A stretch of DNA of 64,000 bases from an uncultured Nitrospiraceae bacterium (lineage in GTDB: Bacteria; Nitrospirota; Thermodesulfovibrionia; Thermodesulfovibrionales; SM23-35). The translations under genes and the position numbers were made by a program. Below are positions 31,585-40,821 of this stretch, piece by piece. The notes under the pieces were generated by a model that was given only the letters and a program-made list of their open reading frames with translations, did not search any database and was not told where the DNA came from. The stretch's first letter is position 1, and each line of letters begins with the position of its first letter. The DNA lies in contig CAVSHB010000002.1 of assembly GCA_963727775.1 (NCBI GenBank), positions 128,001-192,000 on the forward strand, read 5' to 3'.

Positions 31585-32322
31585 TCATTTCAATAGCAGG
31601 GCTGTTGCTTCTTCCATATTAATTATTGATACGAAATGTTTATCTACAACAGCAATCCCTTCGATGAATTTGAGTTCAGTCTCGGAAAGATGAGAAGGCG
31701 GGGGTAAAATTTCAGACTTTGTCAGACGGACGACACCTGCCACCTTATCTACTGTTACCCCGATAGGGCCTTTGGTACCCTTAATAATCAGTATTTTACC
31801 CTTAAGGTTATTGTCTAAGGGCTTGTCTGTCAGGGAAAGCTTGAGCTTAAGGTCAAGCACGGGTATAACTTTCCCCCTTAGCGAGGTTACTCCGAGAACA
31901 TATTTCGGAACATTTGGGACCGTGGTTATCCATTGGTATCGCAATATCTCCTCAAGCTGAGAGACCCTGAAAGCAAAATCTTCATTTAACAGATTGAAGG
32001 TGAGTATCTCGATAACGTCCTCTGTCTTTTCCGCACCAATCCTGTTTTCAACGCCGTATGTTTTGGTTTTCTCTTTATGGCTGTTATCCTCATCTTTTTC
32101 TGAGGACCCGGCCTCCTGCTCAATAGGCACCTCAACCTTCGGCGTGTGTCCTGTTGTCTCCTCATGTGAATCAATCACCGCTGGGGGTTCCTGAATGATA
32201 TTTTTACCGACCGGATTCGTCTCTTGTTCTTCCTGTCTTTTTGCGACTTGATTATTTTCTTTTGACCGTTGATTGTCGGCCTCAGCCTTTGCGAGCTTTT
32301 TCCTAATTTTCGCGATATCCAT
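31585..32322 (-). CDS. cheW: CheW with ~100-aa acidic N-terminal extension
   Basis: C-terminal GVTSLRGKVIPVLDL; low-complexity E/K/N-rich N-terminus. Confidence 0.88.
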   Translation of the reverse strand: MDIAKIRKKLAKAEADNQRSKENNQVAKRQEEQETNPVGKNIIQEPPAVIDSHEETTGHTPKVEVPIEQEAGSSEKDEDNSHKEKTKTYGVENRIGAEKTEDVIEILTFNLLNEDFAFRVSQLEEILRYQWITTVPNVPKYVLGVTSLRGKVIPVLDLKLKLSLTDKPLDNNLKGKILIIKGTKGPIGVTVDKVAGVVRLTKSEILPPPSHLSETELKFIEGIAVVDKHFVSIINMEEATALLLK

Positions 32323-33121
32323 TTAATCCGAGCTCCATTGCCGCCCCATTAATAAGAGAACCATCTATAATCTGCTGTTCTTTACTGAAACCGTCAAGAA
32401 GTGCAGATGTCGCAAGACTGTTAATGACCCTTGGGATCCCGCCTGAGAAGTGATAGAGGCGATTCAAAGCATCATCTGTAAACAAAGGGCCGCCAATCCC
32501 CGAGACCTTCAGTCTGTGCTCGATGTAGTCTTTTATCTCATGCTCAGCTAAAGGTCCGAGGTGATAAAAAAGTCCTATCCTCTGCCGCAACGGGAGATAT
32601 GTTTTATGATTAAGTCTTTTCCTTAATTCCGTCTGGCCGACGAGTATAAGACTCAGAAGGTTTGTATAATCAAGCTGGAAGTTTGTCAGCAGTCTGATCT
32701 CCTCAAACGTATTCTTATTCGGGATAAGCTGTGCCTCGTCTATTATAATGACTGGCGTTATTCCGGACTCGTAGTCTTTATAGACCTTTTCATAAATTGC
32801 ATCGAGCAGGTTATCCTTGTAATTGTATGGTACCTCTATATCAAAACGTTTTGCGACCGTCCTTAAGAACTGAAGAGGTGTAAGCTGAGGATTTATTATG
32901 ACGATTACCCTGTATTTTTCTCCGAGGGAGTCCATTAAGGCGCGCGTTAAGGTTGTCTTGCCGCTGCCGACTTCTCCTGTAAGCAGGATCAGGTCTCTTT
33001 CCTCAACCGCATATTGCAGTCTTGCCAATGCCTCTTCATGACTTCGGCTCAAAAAAAGAAATTTAGGGTCCGGCGTTTTGGTAAACGGTCTCTGCGTCAG
33101 CCCGTAGAATTCTTCATACAT
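32303..33121 (-). CDS. ExeA/GspA-like AAA ATPase
   Basis: MYEEFYGL..PF..TPDP, Walker A GEVGSGKT, Walker B IIDEAQ, LVGQ, SGGIPRVIN. Confidence 0.9.
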   Translation of the reverse strand: MYEEFYGLTQRPFTKTPDPKFLFLSRSHEEALARLQYAVEERDLILLTGEVGSGKTTLTRALMDSLGEKYRVIVIINPQLTPLQFLRTVAKRFDIEVPYNYKDNLLDAIYEKVYKDYESGITPVIIIDEAQLIPNKNTFEEIRLLTNFQLDYTNLLSLILVGQTELRKRLNHKTYLPLRQRIGLFYHLGPLAEHEIKDYIEHRLKVSGIGGPLFTDDALNRLYHFSGGIPRVINSLATSALLDGFSKEQQIIDGSLINGAAMELGLNGYREN

Positions 33122-35075
33122 ATGACAAGCCTTCCTGCTTTATGAGGGATTTTTCCATGATAGACTCGATATCAAGTACGAGTATGACCTCATGCCTGCC
33201 TATTTCTGCCGCGCCTGCAAAACCGCTTAGCCCTTTGAAATATTCACCCAACGATTTTATAACGATCTCGTTCTGACCGAGAATCTCATCAACGAGAAGT
33301 CCTAATTTCCTATTGCCGAAACCGACAACGATTGCAAACAATACGTCGCTTTGTTTCGTTTCTATATTGAATATTTTGCCTATGCTCATTATGGGCAGCA
33401 TTTCGCCCCTGAGATAGTATACATCCTTCCATTCTATGGTTTGGATATCTTTAGGCTCAAATGCGACAGTCTCGGATATTGTTGTTATCGGTATTGCGAA
33501 CCTTTCTATGCCGGCTTTTACAATTAATGCTTTGATGATTGCGAGTGTAATCGGAAGGGTTAGGGTGAAAGTTGTGCCTTCATTCTTTTTTGTATAGACC
33601 TCTATAAAACCACCCAGCGAGGAAAGTTTTTCCTTGACAACATCCATACCGACGCCCCTTCCGGAGATCTCGCTCACGCTTTCTTTTGTGCTGAAGCCGG
33701 GTAGGAAGATGAAATCAATGACCTCTCTTTCCGCAGCCTCGGCGGTAGGTTCGAGAAGCCCTTTTTCTATGGCTTTCGCCCTGACCTTTTCCAGATTTAT
33801 CCCGCAACCATCATCTGTTAATTCGATGACAACATGGTTTCCCCTCTGGAATGCCTTCAGGACGACGGCGCCATGTTCTTTCTTACCCTTTTCCTTCCTC
33901 TCATCGGAAGGCTCTATTCCATGGTCGATTGAATTCCTTACGAGATGCATCAAAGGATCGACTATTTCTTCAGCCAACGATTTATCGAGTTCAGTATCTT
34001 CACCGTACAGGGTTATGTCTATCTCTTTCCCTATCTCTCTCGAATAACGTCTGATTACCTGAGCGAGCCTCGAAAATATCTGGCCTACGGGCACCATGCG
34101 TATCTCGAGAACTTCATCCTGCAGTTCTGTCAGCTTTCTTTCAAGGGTCTGGGATATTTTCTGGACATCGCGTATAAGCGGAGAATAATGATCAACCTCG
34201 GACATGTCTGCGCCGATTCTCTTGACAGCGTCCTTTGCAAGGGTGAGTTCGCCTATTGTATTCAGTATCCTGTCAAGTTTATCTATATCGACTCTTACTG
34301 TAGTTGTCGTGCTTTTGATCGACTGTTCATGTTTTTTTTGAGGGTGGAGACCCATCTGTTTTGAGTGAACCAATACCTCTATATCCTCGCCTAATTGCCC
34401 TGTTAACTCGCCGAGGGGAAGATTGCTGCCGAACATAAGATTGAAGCCTATTGAGCCTTCAGGCACATCGGCTGACGTCGGCAATGTTGATATGAGTTCG
34501 CCTTTCGATTTTATTGTTTTTGTAATTTCCTCGAGTGATGTATCGAAGGAAGAAAGGTCAAATATTGCCTTCAGAAGACAGATGTTGTTGCCGGCTTTTA
34601 TATTTGTTTTAAGCCTGTGTTCCTCATATTCCGACAGGACTTTAATTATGGAATCATCAATGACCCCTTGAAGATTTACGCTGCTCTCACTCTCCTTCAA
34701 TGATGCCCTGAATGTCTTTATATCATCGATAAACTCTGTTAGATCCGATTCCTTGTCTTCTTTAACTCCATCTACAGCAGACCTCAGTATATCTACGTTC
34801 TTAAAAAGAAAATCTACTACGTCCCCGGTTACGGTTATCTTCCCGAGCCGTATTTCATCCAGTAAAGATTCGAGGTTATGGCTGAGATCCGTCATCTCCT
34901 TACTCCCGAATAGGCCTGAAAGTCCTTTTAGAGTATGCATGGAACGAAAAAGCGCATTGATGGTGTCGGGGTTTATGGCTGAATGATAAGTATCCTGGAT
35001 CTCGATTACTAACTGCTGGCTTTCGAAAAGGAGGTCCTCAGCTTCTGCTATGAACTCTTTTTTTGAGGCCTTCAT
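33114..35075 (-). CDS. cheA: Chemotaxis histidine kinase CheA
   Basis: FRSMHTLKG (Hpt), HLVRNSIDHG, DDGCG, PGFST, SGRGVGMDVV, C-terminal CheW domain. Confidence 0.96.
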   Translation of the reverse strand: MKASKKEFIAEAEDLLFESQQLVIEIQDTYHSAINPDTINALFRSMHTLKGLSGLFGSKEMTDLSHNLESLLDEIRLGKITVTGDVVDFLFKNVDILRSAVDGVKEDKESDLTEFIDDIKTFRASLKESESSVNLQGVIDDSIIKVLSEYEEHRLKTNIKAGNNICLLKAIFDLSSFDTSLEEITKTIKSKGELISTLPTSADVPEGSIGFNLMFGSNLPLGELTGQLGEDIEVLVHSKQMGLHPQKKHEQSIKSTTTTVRVDIDKLDRILNTIGELTLAKDAVKRIGADMSEVDHYSPLIRDVQKISQTLERKLTELQDEVLEIRMVPVGQIFSRLAQVIRRYSREIGKEIDITLYGEDTELDKSLAEEIVDPLMHLVRNSIDHGIEPSDERKEKGKKEHGAVVLKAFQRGNHVVIELTDDGCGINLEKVRAKAIEKGLLEPTAEAAEREVIDFIFLPGFSTKESVSEISGRGVGMDVVKEKLSSLGGFIEVYTKKNEGTTFTLTLPITLAIIKALIVKAGIERFAIPITTISETVAFEPKDIQTIEWKDVYYLRGEMLPIMSIGKIFNIETKQSDVLFAIVVGFGNRKLGLLVDEILGQNEIVIKSLGEYFKGLSGFAGAAEIGRHEVILVLDIESIMEKSLIKQEGLSYV

Positions 35076-35458
35076 ATTCTCAATAGTGCTTGCTTTATAA
35101 CTTCCTGGAGTTCATGTGCTTTGAACGGTTTAGTAATATACGCTATTGCACCCAATGACAGGCCCCTCTTCTTGTCCTCTTCGCTCCGCTCTGTGCTGAC
35201 TATTATTAAGGGGATATGATTGTACCGTGGATTATTCTTAATAAAGCTTATAAGTTCAAGTCCGTTTATATCAGGCATATTTACATCGGTTATAACAAGG
35301 TTGAATTCCTGCGTGGGCAAAAGTTTTAGCGCTTCGAATCCCGACCCGGCCTCTGCAATCGTAAAGTCTTCCATTTCATCAACAACGGCCTTAATGAGAG
35401 CCCTTGTTGTTGCCGAATCTTCAACGATAAGAATGGCTTTGGCGGCATCTCTCTGCAT
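35072..35458 (-). CDS. cheY: CheY-like response regulator
   Basis: VEDS, DVNMP, KPF. Confidence 0.85.
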   Translation of the reverse strand: MQRDAAKAILIVEDSATTRALIKAVVDEMEDFTIAEAGSGFEALKLLPTQEFNLVITDVNMPDINGLELISFIKNNPRYNHIPLIIVSTERSEEDKKRGLSLGAIAYITKPFKAHELQEVIKQALLRI

Positions 35459-35493
35459 TGTCTAAATTCTAACAGATTGAAATAAAAAAAACA

Positions 35494-36621
35494 TTATAAT
35501 TCAGTCTTTTTTTCCATCTCCTGCAGTCTTCTCTGAAGCAATGATTTTTCAAGGGCAAGCCCTGCCTGATCTATGAATATTTCAAGACCTTCCGTCTCCC
35601 TGATTTTTTCTCCATTTACCAGATTGTCACAGTAAAGAAGCGCAACGACCCTCCCTTCAGCGACTATCGGGAAGAAGGCGGATTCATTAGGCCGCTGTCC
35701 GCCGATTTCTTTGATCAGCGACCCGATAACCCTATCGTTGTTTTCAACGGCTCCTCTGTATGGTCGTTTGTCGAATATAATCTTTTTCAGGAAATCGCTT
35801 TCCTCATATGGTAATGTTATCTCTCTTATTTTTTCATCGGGACTCTCTATCTCAAGGCCGAACTGTCCGAGCCCTATCATCTCGGAGTCTCCAACCATAA
35901 AAAGGATCCCTCTCTGGAATATGTCGCTTGCGAATCTTAAAATAAGCAGGGTTATCTCTGAAGCAGAATTAGGGAACCTCAGTTCCTGAGTTAACGCTCT
36001 AAGTGATACGATGTCTTTTCTTTCTGCCTGGGGCTGTATGTCCCAATCTTCTTCCCATGCCCCTTCCTCTTCCTTGAATCCCGTGAATTCCTCTGAAGAA
36101 ACCGACACTGTCTGAGAAGATTCATCATGTACCCGCGCTCCCTCCATCAAAAGATATTCCGGACTCATACCTTTCGAAATCTCCCATCCGAGATCGGGTA
36201 TGTCGGCCTTCCCATGCGGGTCTATATCATCAAGTTCAAACTGGAAATCACCGTCCTGCCAGACAAGAAGCTGATAAACGACTTTCTCTATTCTCTTCCG
36301 CGTTATTTTCTCAAGGGTGTCTTTATTGACCGAGCCGAGTTCATACAATATTTCCGAGTAGGATTTTGAAGGCAGCTTTTTTTTTACTTCAGCGGCTAAA
36401 TTATATATGGTGTCTTTTATTGTCCCGGCGCGAAACAGGTCTTCCCCGAGGGTTTTATCAATGTCGTTTGTCTCTGCCCTGAAGACAAGGCCCTTCTTAA
36501 AGGTGATGAGTGCATTCCCGCGGCTTCCCTTGAGAACGAGTGTGCCTGTCTTCTTGCCTATGCTGAGTATCTGGAAGATATCAGAAAGGGCAAGATCTTC
36601 CAGCCTTCCGACAAGACTCAT
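35494..36621 (-). CDS. DUF4388 (PATAN-like) plus GAF-like domain protein
   Basis: MSLVGRLEDLALSDIFQIL..GKKTGTL and W.DGDFQF; C-terminal FFPIVAEGRVVALLYCDN. Confidence 0.8.
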   Translation of the reverse strand: MSLVGRLEDLALSDIFQILSIGKKTGTLVLKGSRGNALITFKKGLVFRAETNDIDKTLGEDLFRAGTIKDTIYNLAAEVKKKLPSKSYSEILYELGSVNKDTLEKITRKRIEKVVYQLLVWQDGDFQFELDDIDPHGKADIPDLGWEISKGMSPEYLLMEGARVHDESSQTVSVSSEEFTGFKEEEGAWEEDWDIQPQAERKDIVSLRALTQELRFPNSASEITLLILRFASDIFQRGILFMVGDSEMIGLGQFGLEIESPDEKIREITLPYEESDFLKKIIFDKRPYRGAVENNDRVIGSLIKEIGGQRPNESAFFPIVAEGRVVALLYCDNLVNGEKIRETEGLEIFIDQAGLALEKSLLQRRLQEMEKKTEL

Positions 36622-36761
36622 TTGAATTCAGACCCTTTCGAGATCATTGCTCTGCTACCGGGCTAACACAAACCAGTTTATCTCCCTGTCATGAAAGATA
36701 CATTAAGGAATAAGAAATCCCCTGCCAGTTTTCAGATGTACGCTATAATTAATTGTAATCG

Positions 36762-36791
36762 AGTATATCAGGTAAAATTAAAGCGTGTCAA
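36762..36791 (-). promoter_or_regulatory. sigma70 promoter for the chemosensory cluster
   Basis: TTGACA-N18-TATACT with TG extension on the reverse strand. Confidence 0.6.
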
Positions 36792-36861
36792 CGAATGCAT
36801 TAGGGGATGGAAGACACATTTCTGGCCGGAAAACATACTGTCAGGCATTACATGAAAAAGT

Positions 36862-37068
36862 TTAACTAATAGGTCTGCTTTGCCTTCTCAGCCGTGCGTT
36901 CTTAATTCTCCTCTTCTGCGCTTCTCTTTGTTTTTTCCTTAACTTAACAGAGGGCTTGTCGTAGTAACGCCTTTCCTTGAGCTCCCTCAAAAGGCCGTCC
37001 TTTTGCATCTGCCGCTTCAGGATCTTTAGGGCTTTCTCAACATCATTTCCGTTAACTCTTATCTCCAA
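36862..37068 (-). CDS. rpsU: 30S ribosomal protein S21
   Basis: VEKALKILKR...ELKERRYYDKPS; basic C-terminus. Confidence 0.9.
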   Translation of the reverse strand: MEIRVNGNDVEKALKILKRQMQKDGLLRELKERRYYDKPSVKLRKKQREAQKRRIKNARLRRQSRPIS

Positions 37069-37397
37069 TTACCGGACTTCCTTCCACCAGCGTTAAATCC
37101 TCCTTGTCTGCCTCTACCGCCTCCGCCTCCGCCTGCCCTGTTTTTGAAAGTCTGGGGTCTTGCTTCGTTAACGGTGAGAGGTCTGTCAAGCAGTGTAGTG
37201 CCGTTAAGTTCGGCAATCGCCTTGTCAGCATCTGCATCTGAGGTCATCTCAACGAAACCGAATCCCTTTGAACGACCGGTCGCCGTATCTGTAATTATCT
37301 TTACTGATTGAACCTCTCCAATCTTCGCAAACACCTCTCGCAGTGCCTCTTCATCTGTTTTGTAAGAAAGGTTTCCTACAAAAATCTTTTTTGCCAT
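37059..37397 (-). CDS. RRM RNA-binding protein with Gly-rich tail
   Basis: IFVGNL (RNP2), KGFGFVEM (RNP1), VNEARP. Confidence 0.95.
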   Translation of the reverse strand: MAKKIFVGNLSYKTDEEALREVFAKIGEVQSVKIITDTATGRSKGFGFVEMTSDADADKAIAELNGTTLLDRPLTVNEARPQTFKNRAGGGGGGRGRQGGFNAGGRKSGNWR

Positions 37398-37762
37398 TTT
37401 TCCTTCTTCTCCTTCTTCTGTTGTCCTTTTTCCTCATGAGGTGTTGAATGCTCCTGAGGGATTCGGTTATTGTTCCCTTTGCAACGCTTAAACGCCATGC
37501 CTAACGACAAAAAACCGCAGAGTCCAAAGTCTTTGCGGCTTTTTATAACAAAAACTTTTGAAACTGCCAATATTCTGGCATAAGGCGATATGGAATGTCA
37601 AATGCAATGAAAGAAAAAGTCATGAAGAACATAAATATATCGAATATTCATGTTCTTAGGCCCACCCTAAAAATGTACTTCAACTCCATATTGGGCCGAT
37701 TAAAAGGGTTGGTATCCACTATTGACATCCGACCTAAGCCCACATCGTGTATAATAAAATCC

Positions 37763-38374
37763 ATGATTGCGATTATTGATTATGGAATGGGGAATCTGAG
37801 AAGCGTTGAGAAAGGGTTTCTAAAGGTTGGGGTAGATGCAAGAGTAGTAACAGATCCCAAGGCCATTGATGATGCAAAGGCTGTTGTCCTTCCGGGAGTC
37901 GGCGCCTTCAGAGACTGTATGAGGAACCTCGAACAGGCGTCATTCATAGAACCTATTAAGAGGGCTGTCCGGAAAGGCAAACCTTACCTCGGTATCTGCC
38001 TCGGGCTTCAGGTGCTGTTCACGGAATCGGAAGAGTTCGGGACCTATAAAGGCTTGGACATATTAACGGGAAAGGTTGTGAGGTTTCAGGTTGATCTGAA
38101 AGTCCCCCACATGGGTTGGAACAATGTGAAAATATTGAGGAGACCGCCGATCTTTGACGGGATAGAGGATGGGTCTTTCTTTTACTTTGTACACTCCTAT
38201 TATGTTGCCCCTGATGATTCTGATGTCATCGCGGGTACAACCGACTACGGCGTCACCTTTACCTCAATGATCTGGAAAGAGAATATTTTAGCGACTCAGT
38301 TTCACCCTGAAAAGAGCCAGGATGCCGGTCTCCGGATTCTGAAAAATTTTGGAGATTTTGTAAAAAAGGGTTAA
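37763..38374 (+). CDS. hisH: Imidazole glycerol phosphate synthase subunit HisH
   Basis: MIAIIDYGMGNLRS, PGVGAF, GICLG, QFHPEKS; start moved to ATG 37763. Confidence 0.96.
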   Translation: MIAIIDYGMGNLRSVEKGFLKVGVDARVVTDPKAIDDAKAVVLPGVGAFRDCMRNLEQASFIEPIKRAVRKGKPYLGICLGLQVLFTESEEFGTYKGLDILTGKVVRFQVDLKVPHMGWNNVKILRRPPIFDGIEDGSFFYFVHSYYVAPDDSDVIAGTTDYGVTFTSMIWKENILATQFHPEKSQDAGLRILKNFGDFVKKG

Positions 38375-38404
38375 CCTTCAAAGCCCGTATTAAGATCTGC
38401 AATC

Positions 38405-38881
38405 TCAATGGGTTTTCTGCGACTTCCCGCAGAGCTGTCGTAATAGTTCACTCACTTTCATTCTGAATAATGGGTGTATTAGGTCAGGCGCAATTTCCTG
38501 CAAAGGTCTTAAGACAAATTTTCTTTCATGCATTAAGGGGTGCGGGATTTTCAGATTATCCTCATCTATGACAATATTGCTGAAAAGGAGAATATCCAAG
38601 TCGATAGGCCGTGGCCCCCATTTGTATGACTTCTTCCTGCCGATTTCAGCTTCTACTTTTTTTAAAACGGCTAAAAGTTCATACGGCTTGAGGTCCGTCT
38701 CTATCTCGATTGCCATATTTATGAACTCCGGCTGGTCTTTGAGCCCCCACGGTTCAGTTTTATAGAGCGAGGAACTTTTATTGACTATGACGCCTTTCTT
38801 TTTTAGAAGTTCAATTGCATATACGCAATTTTTCTCCCTGTTGCCGAGATTGGAACCGATCCCGATATATACAATAGGCAT
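38405..38881 (-). CDS. folK: Hydroxymethyldihydropterin pyrophosphokinase
   Basis: IGIGSNLG, WGPRPIDLDIL, PHPLMHERKFVL. Confidence 0.96.
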   Translation of the reverse strand: MPIVYIGIGSNLGNREKNCVYAIELLKKKGVIVNKSSSLYKTEPWGLKDQPEFINMAIEIETDLKPYELLAVLKKVEAEIGRKKSYKWGPRPIDLDILLFSNIVIDEDNLKIPHPLMHERKFVLRPLQEIAPDLIHPLFRMKVSELLRQLCGKSQKTH

Positions 38882-38898
38882 CTGAATGCAATAGCTCT

Positions 38899-40071
38899 TT
38901 AAAGAATTTTCTGTATCCTGTCTATGGCTTCCTTAATCCTCTCGGACGATGCAGTGAGGGCAAACCTCACATACCCTTCTCCAGCGGTACCGAAGCCGTT
39001 CCCTGGGGTCGCAAGTACTCCTGCTTTGTCGAGCATATGTGTCACAAAACTCATAGACTCAAAACGATGAGGTGTCTTTACCCATACATAAAAGGTTGCC
39101 TGCGGTTTCATGAAATCCATCCCGAGTTTATTCAAGCCGTCACAGAGCACATCCCGCCTTTTTTGATAGGTTTTCCTTATTGTAGAAAGACTTTTCGGGT
39201 CCATGCCGAGGGCGACAATAGCTGCTTCCTGTATGGCCTGAAAAACTCCTGAATCAAGGTTGGTCTTTACTTTGCCCAGGCCGGCCAACACTTCTCTGTT
39301 TCCGACGGCAAAACCTATCCTCCATCCCGTCATATTGTAGGTTTTTGACAATGAATGGAATTCGATGCCCACGTCTTTTGCACCCGGAATCTGCATAAAA
39401 CTCAAAGGTCTTTGATCATAATAAATCTCGGTATATGATGCGTCATGGCATACAATGAAATTGTATTTTTGGGCAAGTCTTACCACCTGCTTATAGAACT
39501 CCACAGGAGCTACTGCTGAAGTCGGATTATTGGGGTAGTTTAAAAAAATGAGTTTTGTTTTCATCAAAACTTTTTCGGGTATTCCATCTAAATCAGGAAG
39601 GAACCCGTTTTTTGCCTTAAGAGGCATAAAGTAACTATTCCCGCCGGCGAATAAAGCGCCGATTGGATAGACGGGATAGCCGGGGGACGGAATAAGCACT
39701 ATATCTCCCGGGTTGACAAACGCTAAAGGAATGTGGCCGATGCCTTCTTTTGATCCGATTAATGACAGTGTCTCAGACTGGGGATCAAGCCGGACATCGA
39801 ACCTCGCTTTATACCATTCCGATATAGCTTCTCTGAACGATAGCATTCCTTCATAAGACGGATAACGGTGGTGGACGGGATTTTCAACTGCCTTCTTCAT
39901 CGCCTTTACGATTTTGGCCGGCGTTGGGATATCCGGATCTCCGATACTCAGATCAATAAGATCGGTGCCCTTTTGTATCGCTTTTTGTTTCATTTTATCT
40001 ATCGATGCAAAAAGATAAGGGGGAAGATGTTTCAACCGGGAAGCCAATTCAAAATGGACTTTTTTCTTCAA
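38899..40071 (-). CDS. dapL: LL-diaminopimelate aminotransferase (class I/II PLP)
   Basis: LPPYLFA, IGDPD, GSKEGI, NYPNNPT, SLSKTYNMTGWRIG. Confidence 0.8.
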   Translation of the reverse strand: MKKKVHFELASRLKHLPPYLFASIDKMKQKAIQKGTDLIDLSIGDPDIPTPAKIVKAMKKAVENPVHHRYPSYEGMLSFREAISEWYKARFDVRLDPQSETLSLIGSKEGIGHIPLAFVNPGDIVLIPSPGYPVYPIGALFAGGNSYFMPLKAKNGFLPDLDGIPEKVLMKTKLIFLNYPNNPTSAVAPVEFYKQVVRLAQKYNFIVCHDASYTEIYYDQRPLSFMQIPGAKDVGIEFHSLSKTYNMTGWRIGFAVGNREVLAGLGKVKTNLDSGVFQAIQEAAIVALGMDPKSLSTIRKTYQKRRDVLCDGLNKLGMDFMKPQATFYVWVKTPHRFESMSFVTHMLDKAGVLATPGNGFGTAGEGYVRFALTASSERIKEAIDRIQKIL

Positions 40072-40184
40072 GACGACCTCCTGTTTTCAGAGTAGCTATA
40101 TTATATACTATAGCCTCTCGAAAAATTTAATGTTCCCACGGACGGGTTGAACAAGCTTACTCTTGAATAATAATTTGGTGAGAC

Positions 40185-40222
40185 AAAAAAATAAGGGCAC
40201 TGAATTTTCAGTGCCCTTATTT
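40185..40222 (-). terminator. Intrinsic terminator downstream of the secreted-protein gene
   Basis: AAATAAGGGCACTGAA/TTCAGTGCCCTTATTT stem, with a T-run on the minus strand. Confidence 0.85.
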
Positions 40223-40237
40223 ATAAATACAGGGGAA

Positions 40238-40678
40238 TTACTTTTTATCTGCTGGTTTTGCTGCTGACTCAGCCTTCTTCTCTTTCTTCTCCATCTTCTT
40301 CTCAGCTTCTGCCGGCTTAATAGCGATGCTCTTTGCCATCATTTTGCCGTCAGCCTCTGTGTACTTGACGGTGACCTTATCGCCTGCTTTAACATCAGCG
40401 GCCATCTTTTTCTCTTTGCCCATCATAACCTTTGTTTTGGCATCGGTCATAACGGTGACATCACCCTTCTTTCCCTTTACGGTGACGGTGTTGGCTTTTG
40501 CGTCGACTGCTGCAACTTCACCGGTAATACTCTTTACCTTGGCCGGTGCTTTTTTCTCAGCGGCTTCAGCCGGCGCCTTCTTATCTTCCATCTTGGCTGC
40601 CTTGTCGGCTGCAAAGGAAAGTCCTGCAAAGGAAAGGACGAATACGAGAGATACGATAATAGCTATTACTTTCTTCAT
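40238..40678 (-). CDS. Small secreted Lys/Ala-rich protein with a probable OB-like beta barrel (DUF5666-like)
   Basis: Signal peptide ending SFA; core GEVAAVD...TVTVK...VKAGDKVTVKY; SD GGAGGTG. Confidence 0.75.
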   Translation of the reverse strand: MKKVIAIIVSLVFVLSFAGLSFAADKAAKMEDKKAPAEAAEKKAPAKVKSITGEVAAVDAKANTVTVKGKKGDVTVMTDAKTKVMMGKEKKMAADVKAGDKVTVKYTEADGKMMAKSIAIKPAEAEKKMEKKEKKAESAAKPADKK

Positions 40679-40755
40679 CAAAATCACCTCCTTTCAATTT
40701 AATATTTTGTAAGGCCTGTAATCGGGCCCTTACTTTCTATAGTAAGAGTATGGAA

Positions 40756-40771
40756 AGCAATATGTATGCCA
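40756..40771 (-). promoter_or_regulatory. sigma54 (-24/-12) promoter
   Basis: TGGCATACATATTGCT: GG-N10-GC with TGGCA and TTGCT boxes. Confidence 0.85.
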
Positions 40772-40821
40772 TATTCAGAATGGCTATAACATAGGGATTG
40801 TTTTGATACACGTCTCCTCTT

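Noticed and set aside
36622..36760. c-di-GMP or other riboswitch in the chemosensory cluster leader
   Set aside because: The conserved GGCAAA/GCAAAG elements and stems were not recognisable; an Rfam scan would be needed to exclude it.
37595..37762. N-terminal extension of HisH in the ORF track
   Set aside because: The canonical HisH start MIAIIDYG is at 37763, directly after a TATAAT; the upstream region is a divergent promoter spacer.
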